Below are positions 12,888 through 25,051 of a DNA stretch of 64,000 nucleotides, piece by piece. Every line of letters starts with the position of its first letter. Positions within the stretch are counted from its first letter, which is position 1. The position numbers and the translations under genes are program-made. The DNA lies in assembly GCA_002269645.1 (NCBI GenBank), contig NIVC01001024.1, forward strand, positions 310,001 to 374,000, written 5' to 3'. Source of the DNA: Macrostomum lignano. Its lineage: Eukaryota. The notes beneath the pieces were generated by a model. It saw only the letters and a list, made by a program, of their open reading frames with translations, was not told where the DNA came from and searched no databases.

Positions 12888-13575
12888 TTCTGACTTTTCA
12901 CACAGACCTTGGGCATCCAGTGCGCTATCAATCAGATAAAAAACCATTGCCGAGTGACTTTTAGTTTTTCAGATATCCAGAGGTGGATTAGCAGCCAGTT
13001 TGCAATGCTTTCAAATGGGGAAAGTCTAAAATGACCCACTTTGATTTGTGAAGCCCGAGATGAAACCTCCATTCTGACTTTTCACACAGACCTTGGGCAT
13101 CCAGTGCGCTATCAATCAGATAAAAAACCATTGCCGAGTGACTTTTAGTTTTTCAGATATCCAGAGGTGGATTAGCAGCCAGTTTGCAATGCTTTCAAAT
13201 GGAGAAAGTCTAAAATGACCCACTTTGATTTGTGAAGCCCGAGATGAAACCTCCGTTCTGACTTTTCACACAGACCTTGGGCATCCAGTGCGCAGTCAAT
13301 CGGAGAAAGAAACATAGCCAAGGGACTTTTAGTTTTTCAGATATCCAGAGGCGGATTAGCAGGTCTGAGAATGCCCGCTTGCGATTTGTGAAGTTTGAAC
13401 TGATCCCACAGTTCTGACTTTTCACACAGACCTTGGGCATCCAGTGCGCTATCAATCAGATAAAAACCATTGCCAAGTGACTTTTAGTTTTTCAGATATC
13501 CAGAGGTGGATTAGCAGCCAGTTTGCAATGCTTTCAAATGGGGAAAGTAAAAAATTATCCACTTTGATTTGTGGA
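12888..13575 (+). repeat. 184-bp tandem repeat, ~3.7 copies
   Basis: TTCTGACTTTTCACACAGACC starts at 12888, 13072, 13256 and 13412; the third unit is a shorter variant. Confidence 0.93.
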
Positions 13576-14863
13576 GCCCAAGTGGAGCTCATTATCTGAG
13601 GGTTTGTCATTGCAGTCCTCGAAATTCACGCAGACTTCCACTCTTGTGGTGGTAGTGATGGTCTCCAGATTTCCATCGGGGCCAATTTGCGAAGTCTTGG
13701 TGACTGTTTCGGTTGGCTCCCAGCTTCATGTAAATGGGTCGCAGAAGTTCGCCCGTCCTTTCAAAGCCTGCTTCCACGTGCTTCTGCTTCCAGTCGCATT
13801 GTCGTCGGTGTCGTTCGTGTTGTTATTTGCATCGGCGAAGAACTCGCGGAATATGTCCTCGTCAAGCCACACACGCAGCGAAATCACGAATGTATGACAG
13901 TTGTAACATTTTGCTTTGTTATTTGCGGTAGCTTATACGAGAAGTAGAAGGGAAAACGAAGCGGGAATGCCACTGATAATAATAATTATCAACAACAATG
14001 ACTACTGAAAATGCTTTTCGGGACAATTTTTTGCTGCCAATTCTACCGAGGCGCGGATCAAGGATTTTCCCCAGGGGAGCAAGCATATACGTCAGTGACC
14101 AATGTCCAGTTGAAATGCCCAACTCAAAGTGGAAAATGGAATTGAAAATTGAACAAAGTTTATCTTACTGCTCTACTGTAAGTAGATAGGTGGGAGAAAA
14201 GGTGTGACAAGAAAGAAAAAAAATTTATGCTGACAAAAATTATTGCATTATGAATTCATAATGCGTTTGCATCATTATTCGACAAAAATCGTTAATGGGC
14301 TCAATACACAAAGATTAAATAAATTTGTTACTTGTATGCTCGATCATCTCGCCTTAGCATCGATTTTAACAAGAAAATTCGTCAACAATAAAACAGTGCG
14401 CCAAATAGTGCGCCTTGGGGATTGTAAAGAGAACTAAAATAAATAGAATTTTTTTTTGCTTTTATAAATTTGCAATCTCCAAAGCATCATGGTCCTCGCA
14501 TTTCAGGGAAAATCAACCGCCTTTTTTATTGCATGAATGCAGTAAAAAAAATTCTTCCCATAATTGACGGGCGTACCCTGGCATACCCCTAGGCGTACTG
14601 CGCCCACAGTGCGCCCAAATTTTTTTTCCCACTGGGTATTATACATACATGTATATATATATAATAGACAAGGCTTATTATTTATTATTTATTTTATTAT
14701 TTATTATTATTATTTATTATTATTTATTTTTATATATAATCTATGAAACTAATGTTCTATACTAATCAAATACTAATATAATAGACAAGGCTACATTGCC
14801 ATGGGTTTTATTGTAGAAAGGACAAAGCTAAGAATTTTACATACATTGTATATCCTCATACAT

Positions 14864-15561
14864 ACCCTTAAGTGGGTTCCGGGGCATGTGGGGATCCGAG
14901 GAAATGAGTTGGCTGACACCCTTGCAAAAGTTGGTGCCTCCAGCTCCTCTCTCGGCCCCGAACCTCTTGTCCCGATTCCTGGCTGTGTCATCGACTCGCG
15001 CATCAAAGCGTGGATCAGGACTCAGCACCGCTCGACTTGGGCGAACCGCACGAACTGCAGGCAATCCAGAGGCGCTGTCCCTCAGCCCTCTCACCAGCTC
15101 CGGAAGCTCCTCTTGCGCCTCTTGCGCAGAGACATCCGGGCTGCCACCATGACCCTCTCTGGTCACGGCTGCTTCTCCAGGCACCAGTACCTGCAGGGCA
15201 ACGCCACCAACGCCACATGTAGTTTCTGCAACTCAGGTGACGAAACCGCTGAGCATTTCGTCAGCATCTGTCCCGCCTTCACGCGGGCCAGACTCACTTA
15301 CCTCGGGCCACACACATCTATTACTGAAGCGTGCAAACCCGAAAACTTTAATCAGCTCATGCGCTACCTTCGGGCCACCCGCAGGGCTGAACTCTCCTTT
15401 CCAGAGAGCACCATAGCTGCTGGCGACACTGGGGGACCTCCCTGGGCGGCGCCAACCCTCCGTCCATAGCGACGCGTCGGCCGTTCAGGGACTAGCGGAA
15501 TGGGCACCCGCGCCTTCCCGCTGTGTCCCCTCCGGGACAGCCCTGCAGCTAAGTCAAAGTC
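14864..15561 (+). mobile_element. 5'-truncated copy of the LOA/R1-type LINE (RNase H end, zinc finger, 3' UTR)
   Basis: Near-identical to 40805-41505, with an AAGTC tail. TSD ATCCTCATACAT at 14852-14863 and 15562-15573. Confidence 0.95.
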
Positions 15562-15566
15562 ATCCT

Positions 15567-15868
15567 CATACATGCACAACAGTCAGCCGAGTTGGCCAAT
15601 CCAGCCAACCAATTTGGCAACCAACTAAAGAAGTTGCAAAAATGCCCACCCAAATAAATACCCAAGTACCAGGGTAGTACTAAGTTTTTGATGAGGTATT
15701 TTGGTGTAATGAGATAGTCATAGTTACTCTTGCCATTTACACAAAGTTGCGTTAATTTTGGTTTAGGGTTTTTTATATGTAAGTCGCATTTTTGGCCAAA
15801 AACTATGTCACATTTTTGTTAAAACTAAGTCACATGGTGGACCAAATTTTGGAAGTTGCGCATGTATG
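15567..15868. mobile_element. 302-bp MITE of the CATACATGC TIR family
   Basis: CATACATGCACAAC at 15567 and AGTTGCGCATGTATG at 15854-15868. Subterminal sequence is similar to 5033-5090 and 6997-7116. Confidence 0.75.
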
Positions 15869-15894
15869 TATTCCTAACTAAATTTCTATGTGTA

Positions 15895-16686
15895 GAAGGG
15901 GAAGTCAAAAAGTATGATAAATATTATTGTTCAAAGACCAGAAAGCAATGTAAAGGCTTATTTCTCCACGAAATCTCTGTCTAGCTCTAGGCACTTCTCC
16001 ATATGATGCCTCCATCGCTCCAGCCCCGCCCTAAAGAAGTCAGGCGGCTAGGATACAAGCCACTGCTGGGCTGCTATTTTTGCCCCCTCTTTGCTCAAAT
16101 GTCGCACTCCTTTGATAGCTTCCTTCAACTTTGGAAACAGAAGAAGTCTGATGGCGTAAGATCAGGGCTGTAAGGAGGGTAGGAGAGAATTTCCCAGCAA
16201 AATTTGCATAGGACGCCTCAACAGAGCCGTGAAGTGTGCGCCGGGGCATTGTCCTGCTTAACTTTTTGACGCACGGCTATAACCATCTCTGCTGTGCGCA
16301 CTATGCTTGGTCGTCCACTGCAGTTAGCATCTTCAATAGTCTCACGACCAGCCTTAAACTCTTGGATCCACTGATAAACGGTATGATTCAGTGGAGCAGC
16401 ATCCCCGAAGACCTTCTGTAAAGCCTCGAGGATAGCAGCTGGCTTCCAACCCAACTGTGTTAAAAATTTCAGGTTGGATCGCACTTCAAGTTTGAAATTT
16501 TCCATTGCTGAAAGGGGGTACTATGTTTGTACTTCTGCCAAGGTTGATATATATATCCAAACAGAACAAAAAAGTATTAAAATAAGAAACAAAAGATACT
16601 TTTGCAAATGAAAAATGTCTGGGTTTAACATTTATTTTCTGCTTTGTGCAGGAGCAAAATTATCATTACTTTTTGACTTCCCCTTG
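15895..16686 (-). mobile_element. Internally deleted mariner element (792 bp) with TA TSD
   Basis: TIR AAGGGGAAGTCAAAAAGTA(A)TGATAA at both ends with TA flanks. An HTH N-terminus (ENFKLEVRSNLKF...SGRPS) is fused directly to QDNAPAH and a decayed C-terminus (LFPKLKEAIKG...EKCLELD). Confidence 0.92.
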
Positions 16687-19579
16687 TACATTAATTATTT
16701 TTGGAATTTGCTGCCAACAAGCATTCATTGTGATATTGCAGTCACAATTTTAGCACTGCAAGCACTTGTTTTAGTGCTGCATTTTAAGCATAGTTTTGGT
16801 ACTGCAGGCATTATTTTTTGCTCTAAAGTAAAATTATTGATTTCTATAATAGGTCAACAAATTAGAGGCACTAGCATGTCCCTTATAGCTTTTATTGGCT
16901 TGGGGACATGTCCCTCTGTCCCCCTGGTGGCAATACTCCTAACAGTAGAATAAAAAACTACTACTACAACTTTTGTTTGCATCAATACAGTAGATTGATT
17001 AGGTGACACATGCAAATATTGAAATATACAACATTTTATAGTATATTGCTCTGAATATAAATATGCTAGATTGGGTCCCAAAATGATGCAGCTTGTATAT
17101 AAAATAAGCAACTTGACATGTCATTTCAGCCTATTGACCTTAATCTAAAAAGAACTACAAATGACCCTTTATTTAAATGTATAAATATAACAATAAAATA
17201 TGAAAAGTTTTGAGTAATAACTCTTCTTCTTATAGACAAAATAAACTTTCTTTTTTTAAATGTGTCACTAAATTGTTTAAATTTATCATCAAAACATCAT
17301 AAGTTGTCACTAAAAAGGCAATCATTAAAACATCATGTCACTAAAATGTCTAGGGACCCATTACAAAATAACATTTTTTAACTTTTTATTAAATAGGTCA
17401 TAACATATTATTAAACTTTTTCTATTACCAAATTGTCTGTTATTAAACTATCCTGTTTTTGTAGTGCATTATCCAGTAAAGGATATTGCTGTTCCTCAAG
17501 TATCATTTGAGGAAAGCTTAGTGCCACATCAATTCCTATAGGTACATTTTGAACAAATTGTTGCTGAATCCATCTATCTATCACATGGCTTCATTGACAT
17601 TAGGCACCAGGGCAACCAATCTTTGATAGTTTATATTGAGGTTGCATAGTATAATATTGTTAATGACTTCAATTCTAAGAACAAATTGCAGCGCTCAAAG
17701 TTGGCTAGCCATATTTAAGACTCAGCAGCAGCTAAGTAGTTCAAAAAGAAAATTAAAAAAAATTTAGAGTGGGAAACTAAAAGATTGCTTGATTGACTTT
17801 GTTTTTGCCTTTGGATACTATATGTCTATCAAACCAATCTATCAAACAAAGCTCTATTTATGCTTATCATTTAGGCTTTATGCTTAGTGTTAAATACTTT
17901 AAAAAATATTTTTAGCTGATTGATATAAAATAATGTTTTTGTAGATACGTTATTTCTAGTTGGTTATAGAATGTTTGATTAAGAGAGATATTATCTTCAA
18001 GTTCAATTAACACATTAAGGTAAAAATAAAAAATCAATGCACAATGGCTATCATATAGAATTGTTTTTTTAAATTACTTTTTTTCACTTAAATTTGATTG
18101 CTTTCTACTTTTTAAGTCCAAAAATATAAAACATGGGAATGAATTAGCTATTTAACATGTATTCACAACTAAATAAACTGTTTAGTCCTATTATAGTTAA
18201 TTTCTATATCACAAAACAAAGATACTACTTAGGCATTCTTTTTTACAGTAATATATTTTGCATCAGTTTTGTTATACAATATCCAATAGAAAATAGTGAG
18301 AATTGAAATAGATGTAGCCATGTTTATAAAATGCTTTTAATCAAGAATTTGTTAATAATGCATTGTAAAATCAAAAGTGAGGGGGTAGAAATGAAAATGA
18401 GAGTCAATTTATTAATACCATCACACCCATTTCTTTTCAGCCATGGTAGCAAAATGCAATTTTTTCTGGCAATTTTCAGGGTCTTTTATTTCTTTTTTTA
18501 TTTTCCACTTACTTATTAATTTCATTTTGTACAATGCATTCTTAACAAATTCTCCATTGAGAGCATCAAAATAGGGCATGTAATGGCTGATAATTAAATT
18601 AAAGAAAGAATGCACTTCTTTGATAAGGGAATATCAAAGTTTCTTTTTCTAAGCACCTTTTTATATTATAGTTTAGAATGTGCTACTAGATAGTAGGTGC
18701 TAAAACCTACAATGTATAAGCATAATATAACCATAGTTTTTGCCTGGTATTTCAATAATTTGCATGTATATCATGTGCATTTAATTGCCATAGACTGAAT
18801 TAATTCTAGCCTATAGCAAATTCTAGGTAGTTTATCAACATATGATCACTAATTTTAAAACATATCTTCAAAGAAGTCTAAAGGGTTAAATAATCTTAAT
18901 CACTTTTGGTTAGAGGGGTAAATTGCATGGTACAATGGTTCCATTGTTGTATGAATTCTATGTAAAACAATTACATGATTAATTAATCATTATCAGGTTG
19001 TTAACAATGTCTAAATTGTCATTCCTTACATTAGACAAAATTGAATCTTAGATTTTGTCATAGAAATAAAACTCTTAAATTTTGATATTTCAAAAATGTC
19101 TATAGCTCCAACCACTTGCTAAAATATTTAGGTCTTCCATGCAAGTTGGTTTAGATTCTTCTTGCATTTAAGATTATAAATACCCCCCAAAAGTCTTGTA
19201 AAATTTCTATAAAAATGTTTATAAATAATAAAATGATTATTGTTAGATTCTTATTACTATTAAATTTAGGACAATTATTTGATTAAATTGTAATAAGTAA
19301 AATCAAGACACAATCACTACATAATGAAAGACACAAAAATTTTTATCTAATATCAAAATTGTATTATTATAAAGTTAAGCATGATTTGTCAAGTCTATTA
19401 ACAAGAATCTACACTGCGCATTCTACCCTAGATTGGCTTTTGGTTAGACAAAGCAATTTGAAATACAAGTAAAAAAAATAAATCAATAAAACATCAATCA
19501 CAATGAAATAGCAAATAAAAAACTAATGGAATTTGTATGCTGCAATCCATTGCACAAATGTTAATACTATACACTTCAG

Positions 19580-20116
19580 ATGCAGAAGTCTTCATCATTC
19601 CAAACTCGCCAGACCCAGCTACCAGATTTGTTAGCTTGGCGCGGTGCCAGGATTCTGTTTTACCAGCCTAGCAGGCGGGCCTATCTGCCTGGCATTATCA
19701 GGGACTTCTCAGCTGATCATGCTGTAATTGAGCCAGATGATGGACAGCCTGCCAGCTGCCTTCTGAACATCCCCATCAGCTCCATCATTGCTGATGCGGT
19801 TCCTCAGTCTGCTCAGCTAGCCGAATCTGGCACCCCAGTCTGCGTGACAGCTTCTGCAGTTTCCACAGCGGCTTCGATAGCTTCTTCTTCGTCTGCAAAG
19901 TCAACCGATGACAATCGCGGTGTCTACCTGCCCGGCCGGGTGCGTCACCAGCAGGGAGCCGGTGGATCCGGCCGGGTGAGCGTCCATCTGGATTGCCCTC
20001 AACAAGCCGGCGATGCAGAAGAACTAATTGTGTCCGTGCACCGGTCCCAGCTGCGGCTGCTGCAGCCGCCCTGGCAAGAGGAGTTGCTGGCCTGGGGACT
20101 GGAAATGCAGCTGGAG
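19580..20116 (+). CDS. cic: Capicua-like gene exon 1: Cic-L N-terminal Tudor-like (DUF4819-type) domains
   Basis: DLLAWRGARIL...YLPGII...IIADAVP...YLPGRV...RSQLRLLQPPWQEEL matches the Cic-L N-terminal region. TTCAG acceptor and GTGCGT donor. Confidence 0.85.
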
Positions 20117-20171
20117 GTGCGTGCTGGCTGTTGGCTTTGTGATTTGATTAATGTGTTAATTGATATGTTGG

Positions 20172-20261
20172 TTAGTCAGTTAGTTAGGTAGTTAGTGAGT
20201 CAGTTAGTTAGTTGGTTAGTCAGTTAGTTACTCAGTTAGTTAGTTAGTTAGTTGGTTAGTC

Positions 20262-20300
<39 letters not shown>

Positions 20301-20345
20301 CAGTTAGTTAGCTAGTTAGTTAGTTAGTCAGTTGGTTAGTCAGTC

Positions 20346-20392
<47 letters not shown>

Positions 20393-20492
20393 CAGATAGT
20401 TAGTTAGTTAGTCAGATAGTTAACTAGTCAGTTAGTTACTCAGTTAGTCAGTTAGTTAGTAATTTAGTTAGTTAGTCAGTTAGTTAGTTAGT
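20172..20492. repeat. (TTAG)n microsatellite in cic intron 1
   Basis: Visible tetranucleotide array with TCAG variants. Confidence 0.95.
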
Positions 20493-20582
20493 CTGGTAGC
20501 TTTTTGCTCCAGAACTATCTATGCGAATATTGTATCTGTCATGTTTAAACACTAAGCAACTTAAAAAATCCCAATTTCCCAG

Positions 20583-21111
20583 ATGCAGCAAGCCGTCTTG
20601 AACGCAGCCGCCGCGGCAGCTGCAGAGGACCCGGAGCCCAGCGCCAATCTTCTAGAAGAAGACTTCAACAGTGAAAACAACGCAGCCGAAGACGAGGAGC
20701 GCGGTAGCGACAGTCAAGAGCCAGACGTTGAAGTTGAAGAGTTCGATGATGCTCAATCTGATCACGTGACTACCGCGCCTGACGACTCGGACAATATTAT
20801 AGTCGATGAGGCTCAGACTGAGGCTGCTGGACACAATGATCCAGTCGATGAAGAAGAACTCGAAGAAGAAGAAGCCGACGACAAGTCGATGCCGTGCTTG
20901 GAGGAGGCCGCCTCATCGGCTTCTGCAGCCTCCGCTCCTGGTTGCAGTACTCAGCGGCAGGCAGCTGCCAGGCTGCTGGACCACGGTCCCCTGCCATCGA
21001 TGCCTCTGCCGTTGCCCCTGCCGCTGCCGCCGCCGCCGCACATGTCCAAGTCGATTCAGCAGCACCAGCCGCTGCCCTATCCGCTGCACCAGCACCATCA
21101 TGCGGTTTCAG
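20583..21111 (+). CDS. cic: Capicua-like gene exon 2 (acidic and Pro/His-rich linker)
   Basis: CCCAG acceptor in phase 0 and donor G|GTGATT in phase 1. Open GC-rich frame. Confidence 0.75.
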
Positions 21112-21199
21112 GTGATTTATTGCTTGCCTGATTCTTGGGCGCCAGTGTTGCATGTTCAGTCTGGGCCATCCGCTACCCTCACAGATGCTCTACAATCCT

Positions 21200-22280
21200 A
21201 GATCCGCTAACACCCTCACAGATCCCATCAGATCCTCTACCATCCCAGATCCTCTACAACCCTCCCAGATCCTCTACCATCCCAGATCCTCTACTACCCA
21301 CTCAGAGATCCTCTACCATCCCAGATCCTCTACCATCCCAGATCCTCTACCATCCCAGATCCTCTACCACCCACTCAGAGATCCTCTACTATCCCAGATC
21401 CTCTACCACCCTCCAGATCCTCTACCACCCACTCAGATCCTCTACCACCCTCCCAGATCCTCTGCCACCCTCCCAGATCCTTACAATCCTTCCAGATCCT
21501 CTACCACCCTTCCAGATCCTCTGCCACCCTCCCAGATCCTCTACCACCCTCCTAGTTCCTCTACCACCCTCCCAGATCCTCACAATCCTCCCAGATCCTC
21601 TACCACCCACTCAGAGATCCTTTACCATCCCAGATCCTCTACCACCCTCCCAGATCCTCTGCAACCCACTGAGATCCTCTACCACCCTCCCAGATCCTCT
21701 GCAACCCACTGAGATCCTCTACCACCCTCCCAGATCCTCTGCCACCCTCCTAGATCCTCTGCCACCCTCCCAGATCCTCTACCACCCTCCCAGATCCTCT
21801 ACCACCCTCCCAGATCCTCTGCCACCCTCCCAGATCCTTACAATCCTCCCAGATCCTCTACCACCCTCCCAGATCCTCTGCAATCCTCCCAGATCCTCTA
21901 CCACCCTCCCAGATCCTCTACCACCCTCCCAGATCCTCTACCACCCTCCCAGATCCTCTACCACCCTCCCAGATCCTCTACCACCCACTCAGATCCTCTA
22001 CCACCCTTCCAGATCCTCTGCCACCCTCCCAGATCCTTACAATCCTCCCAGATCCTCTACCACCCTCCCAGATCCTCTGCCACCCTCCCAGATCCTTACA
22101 ATCCTCCCAGATCCTCTACCACCCTCCCAGATCCTCTGCCACCCTCCCAGATCCTCTACCACCCTCCCAGATCCTCTGCCACCCTCCCAGATCCTCTACC
22201 ACCCTCCCAGATCCTCTGCCACCCTCCCAGATCCTCTACCACCCTCCCAGATCCTCTGCCACCCTCCCAGATCCTCTACC
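21200..22280 (+). repeat. 20-bp minisatellite (CCCAGATCCTCTACCACCCT)n
   Basis: About 50 tandem copies. The Pro-rich ORFs over it are artefacts. Confidence 0.97.
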
Positions 22281-22291
22281 ACACTATGCTA

Positions 22292-22610
22292 GTGGTTTTA
22301 GCTCGTAGCTTAGTGTTTAGAGCGTCAGACTCACAAATTGAAGGTCAGAGGTTTGATTCCCGACTCCACCGAAACAATTGGTGTCATTGGGCAAGACACT
22401 TAACTCTGCATTGCTTCAGTTCAGCTGTAAAATGAGTGCCAGCATTAGCTGGGGTGATTGAGGGTGTGTGGCGACCCCCCCCTCTATCCTTGGACTGAAC
22501 AGCCGCACGCAACCTTCAGATGCGCCACGCAATAGCTGCGGCTGAGCTGTCGGTTGCACATCTGCCCATTAGGGCAGGTGTAATCAATTATTATTAATAT
22601 TATTATTAAT
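22292..22610 (+). mobile_element. tRNA-derived SINE (family A) with Deu/Nin-like core and (ATT)n tail
   Basis: tRNA-like head with a GGTTTGATTCC B box, then TTGGGCAAGACACTTAAC, and an ATT tail. Confidence 0.7.
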
Positions 22611-22720
22611 ATCACCCTCCTAGATTCTTTAACACCATCTCAGGCCAACTGCAACTCTGCCATAGCAATTCCCAAACCATCAGCCAAAAGCAGCTGCCAC
22701 CCGCCTCTCCCGTCCGTCAG

Positions 22721-22958
22721 ACTCAGACCCCAGCGCGGTTGCCAGCGGCAGCTCAGCATCGGCTGCTGCAGCGGCAGCGGCGGCCGCCCTGCAGAACAAG
22801 TACAAGAAAGGCGACATTGTCCGCACGCCGAGTGGCGTTCGCAAGAAGTTCAACGGCAAGCAGTGGCGCAGGCTGTGCAGCGCAGATGGCTGTAATAAAG
22901 AGTCGCAACGGCGAGGTTATTGCTCACGACATCTCAGCCAGAAGGGCAAGGCTAGCAA
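22721..22958 (+). CDS. cic: Capicua-like gene exon 3: conserved Cic-L zinc-finger-like motif
   Basis: [47 protein letters not shown] is the hallmark Cic-L motif. Phase-1 acceptor GTCAG and GTGAGT donor. Confidence 0.92.
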
Positions 22959-23074
22959 GTGAGTTGTTTTTAACATTTTTCTAGTCAGATCTCAAGTCGG
23001 ATAATAAATACGAATAGGAAAACATATATTTATATAACTAAATATAACTGACTTCAAGTTCTGTCTCTTCTGTC

Positions 23075-23300
23075 TCAAGGCAGGTGTTGTCTATCAATTA
23101 TGTTGATCACAGTGTTTCCTACATCGTAGGGAAAACTAAACGACACCTGCACACCAGAGCAGGAGAACATAAAAAAATCTAGATCACTTGTTAGGTGGTG
23201 ACACACGATCCGATGCAGCTGTTTTAAGTGTTAGATGGTTGCAAATATGAATTCAAACTAAAAATCATTCGAATCTTCGTACGAAAAGATAAGGCTTGTT
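23075..23300 (+). mobile_element. Penelope-like element GIY-YIG endonuclease remnant
   Basis: VVYQLC*SQC / SYIVGKTKRHLHTRAGEH and a downstream FKVLD...LKI fragment, with frameshifts. Confidence 0.65.
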
Positions 23301-23663
23301 GCGATGATTTGTGACGTGCCCTGAATATGATAATATAGCATATATACAATAGCATTTTTTTCATTTTATTCAATATGTCAATCATTCGATTTACAAAATA
23401 TACGTCAAACTTGGGTTATTCTGAGATTAAGGATTGGCTGAAAAATATACAATAAAATGAAGTGCCAAGATATGTGCCATTAAAATACTCGTATTATCAG
23501 AAAAATGGCAGAAAAATTAAAATCCAAACAATCAAATACAAAAAAACCATAACTGTAATTAGTGACTGAGTGTCTATTTACTGTACGAGCTACTTCCACA
23601 CAGACTTCCGCGCCAATATTTTAAAGGGAGTCAAAGACTAACACGAAAAGATTTATAAGTTTG

Positions 23664-24212
23664 TCAATTCGCTGACTTACAAGTGTAGACATAGTTAAGT
23701 TTTCCTTTATCCAAAACGAGCCATTTTGACTGTTCAATCTGAATGATAGGGTCAAATGAAAAAGGAATAGTTACTGCAGCGCAAGCACGCACTACTTTCG
23801 TGCCCATTATGCAGCGAAAACATGCAGGACTAAATTTCCCTTCAAAAATTTTTGAGCGTGAAACTAAACCAAACATTGTAACGTCCTCATGAGAAACTGC
23901 CGATAGCAGCATCCCAGTGATAGAGCACACCGTGTGCAGCTTCTCACCGTCATCAACGAACAGCATGCGGTTCCTCACCGAAATCCGAGGCCTGGTGCCC
24001 ACCCTGTCGATGCCGGTCACCGCGAGCTTCAGCTGGACTTCGTTCGACTTCTTGGACAGTCCGAAAATCACCGGCTTGCCGTCAGCTCGCTCGGCGAGGA
24101 TGAACAGCTTGTCGGAGTCTCCGGCGATGCAGCACAGCTTCTGCACGTCATCTTGCAGGTCGGAGACACCGACTCGAGACTGGCTACTCACAGCTAAACA
24201 TTTCGTTGTCAA
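23664..24212 (-). CDS. Antisense 182-aa ORF nested in cic intron 3, beta-strand-rich (propeller-like?), function unknown
   Basis: Non-repetitive ATG-to-stop ORF with GC-rich codon style in an AT-rich intron. No family recognised. Confidence 0.4.
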   Translation of the reverse strand: MTTKCLAVSSQSRVGVSDLQDDVQKLCCIAGDSDKLFILAERADGKPVIFGLSKKSNEVQLKLAVTGIDRVGTRPRISVRNRMLFVDDGEKLHTVCSITGMLLSAVSHEDVTMFGLVSRSKIFEGKFSPACFRCIMGTKVVRACAAVTIPFSFDPIIQIEQSKWLVLDKGKLNYVYTCKSAN

Positions 24213-24320
24213 TAAAAAATGACGATGACTCTGCTAGGTTTTGGGGGTTCATTGTCACAAGGTCAACATATAGCATAATTGTTTACTTACAGCCTCCCCA
24301 TAATCTTACACAATTCGCAG

Positions 24321-24993
24321 GTACCAACGCCCGCTGGAGCCGTGGTTCCATCACCCGCACCTGCACCCTCATCACCACCCGCATCAGCACCAGCGCGGAG
24401 CCGCGTCGGGCCACTCTTCATCCGCTCAGCATCCGCCGCCGCCTCATCCGGGCTTCCCACCAGGCCTGCTGCCTCCGCCGCCGCCTCATTTGCCTCATCA
24501 GTATCCCGGCCAGCCTCATCAGCACGGATTTCCTCATCCGGGATTTCTGGCTGCCGCAGCCGCCGCAGTTTCGGAGGCCGCCCTGCGTCATCAGCAGCAG
24601 CAGCAGCGCCGGGGTCTGCCGCCTCCGCCTCCCTGCACCAGCCTGCTGCCCATTCTGGAAGCTGAACAGCAGTTCTCAGACAATGACGATGAAGCTGAGT
24701 CCGATGATGATCAGATAGACCCTGGCAACAACAACAACAATAACCATAGCAACGGGAATAACGATGGCAGCGGCGCTGAGGACGCCTTCGATGAGGAGGA
24801 TGACAATGATGGCGACTTCGAAGACGGCCCGCCATCGGCTCTGCGACTGCTGCCCATCGTTCGGCGGAGCGGCAACGGAGGCGGCGGTTGCCATAGTAAT
24901 AATAATAATAACGATGACTCAGACAGGGCCGAACTGCTGGAGATGGCCTGGGCCAATTCTGGCTGGCTTTGCTTCGACAGAGACGATCAGCTG
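24321..24993 (+). CDS. cic: Capicua-like gene exon 4 (His/Pro-rich, poly-Q/N, acidic)
   Basis: CGCAG acceptor in phase 2 matches the exon 3 donor, and the frame is open. The donor position (24993 vs 24997) is uncertain. Confidence 0.7.
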
Positions 24994-25051
24994 GTTGGTT
25001 TGCAGTTTGTGTTTATGAATTCATAGATTTATGGTGTGCTGACTGCAGGGG

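Larger units (their letters stand above)
7470..14636. mobile_element. 7.17-kb TIR element with CCCAG...CTGGG termini and TA TSD (animal CMC/EnSpm-like), no transposase seen
   Basis: Left end TA|CCCAGAGGGAAATTTTGGGTACGCCTAAGGGTA. Right end (reverse complement) TA|CCCAGTGGGAAAAAAAATTTGGG...GTACGCCTAGGGGTA. Superfamily assignment is inference. Confidence 0.65.

Noticed and set aside
14801-14863. N-terminal part of the 222-aa ORF
   Set aside because: It is chance read-in from flanking DNA; LINE homology starts only at ~14864.
20172-20492. Interstitial telomeric repeat
   Set aside because: The unit is TTAG, not TTAGG or TTAGGG.
21135-22292. 385-aa Pro-rich ORF
   Set aside because: It is a translation of the intronic 20-bp minisatellite.
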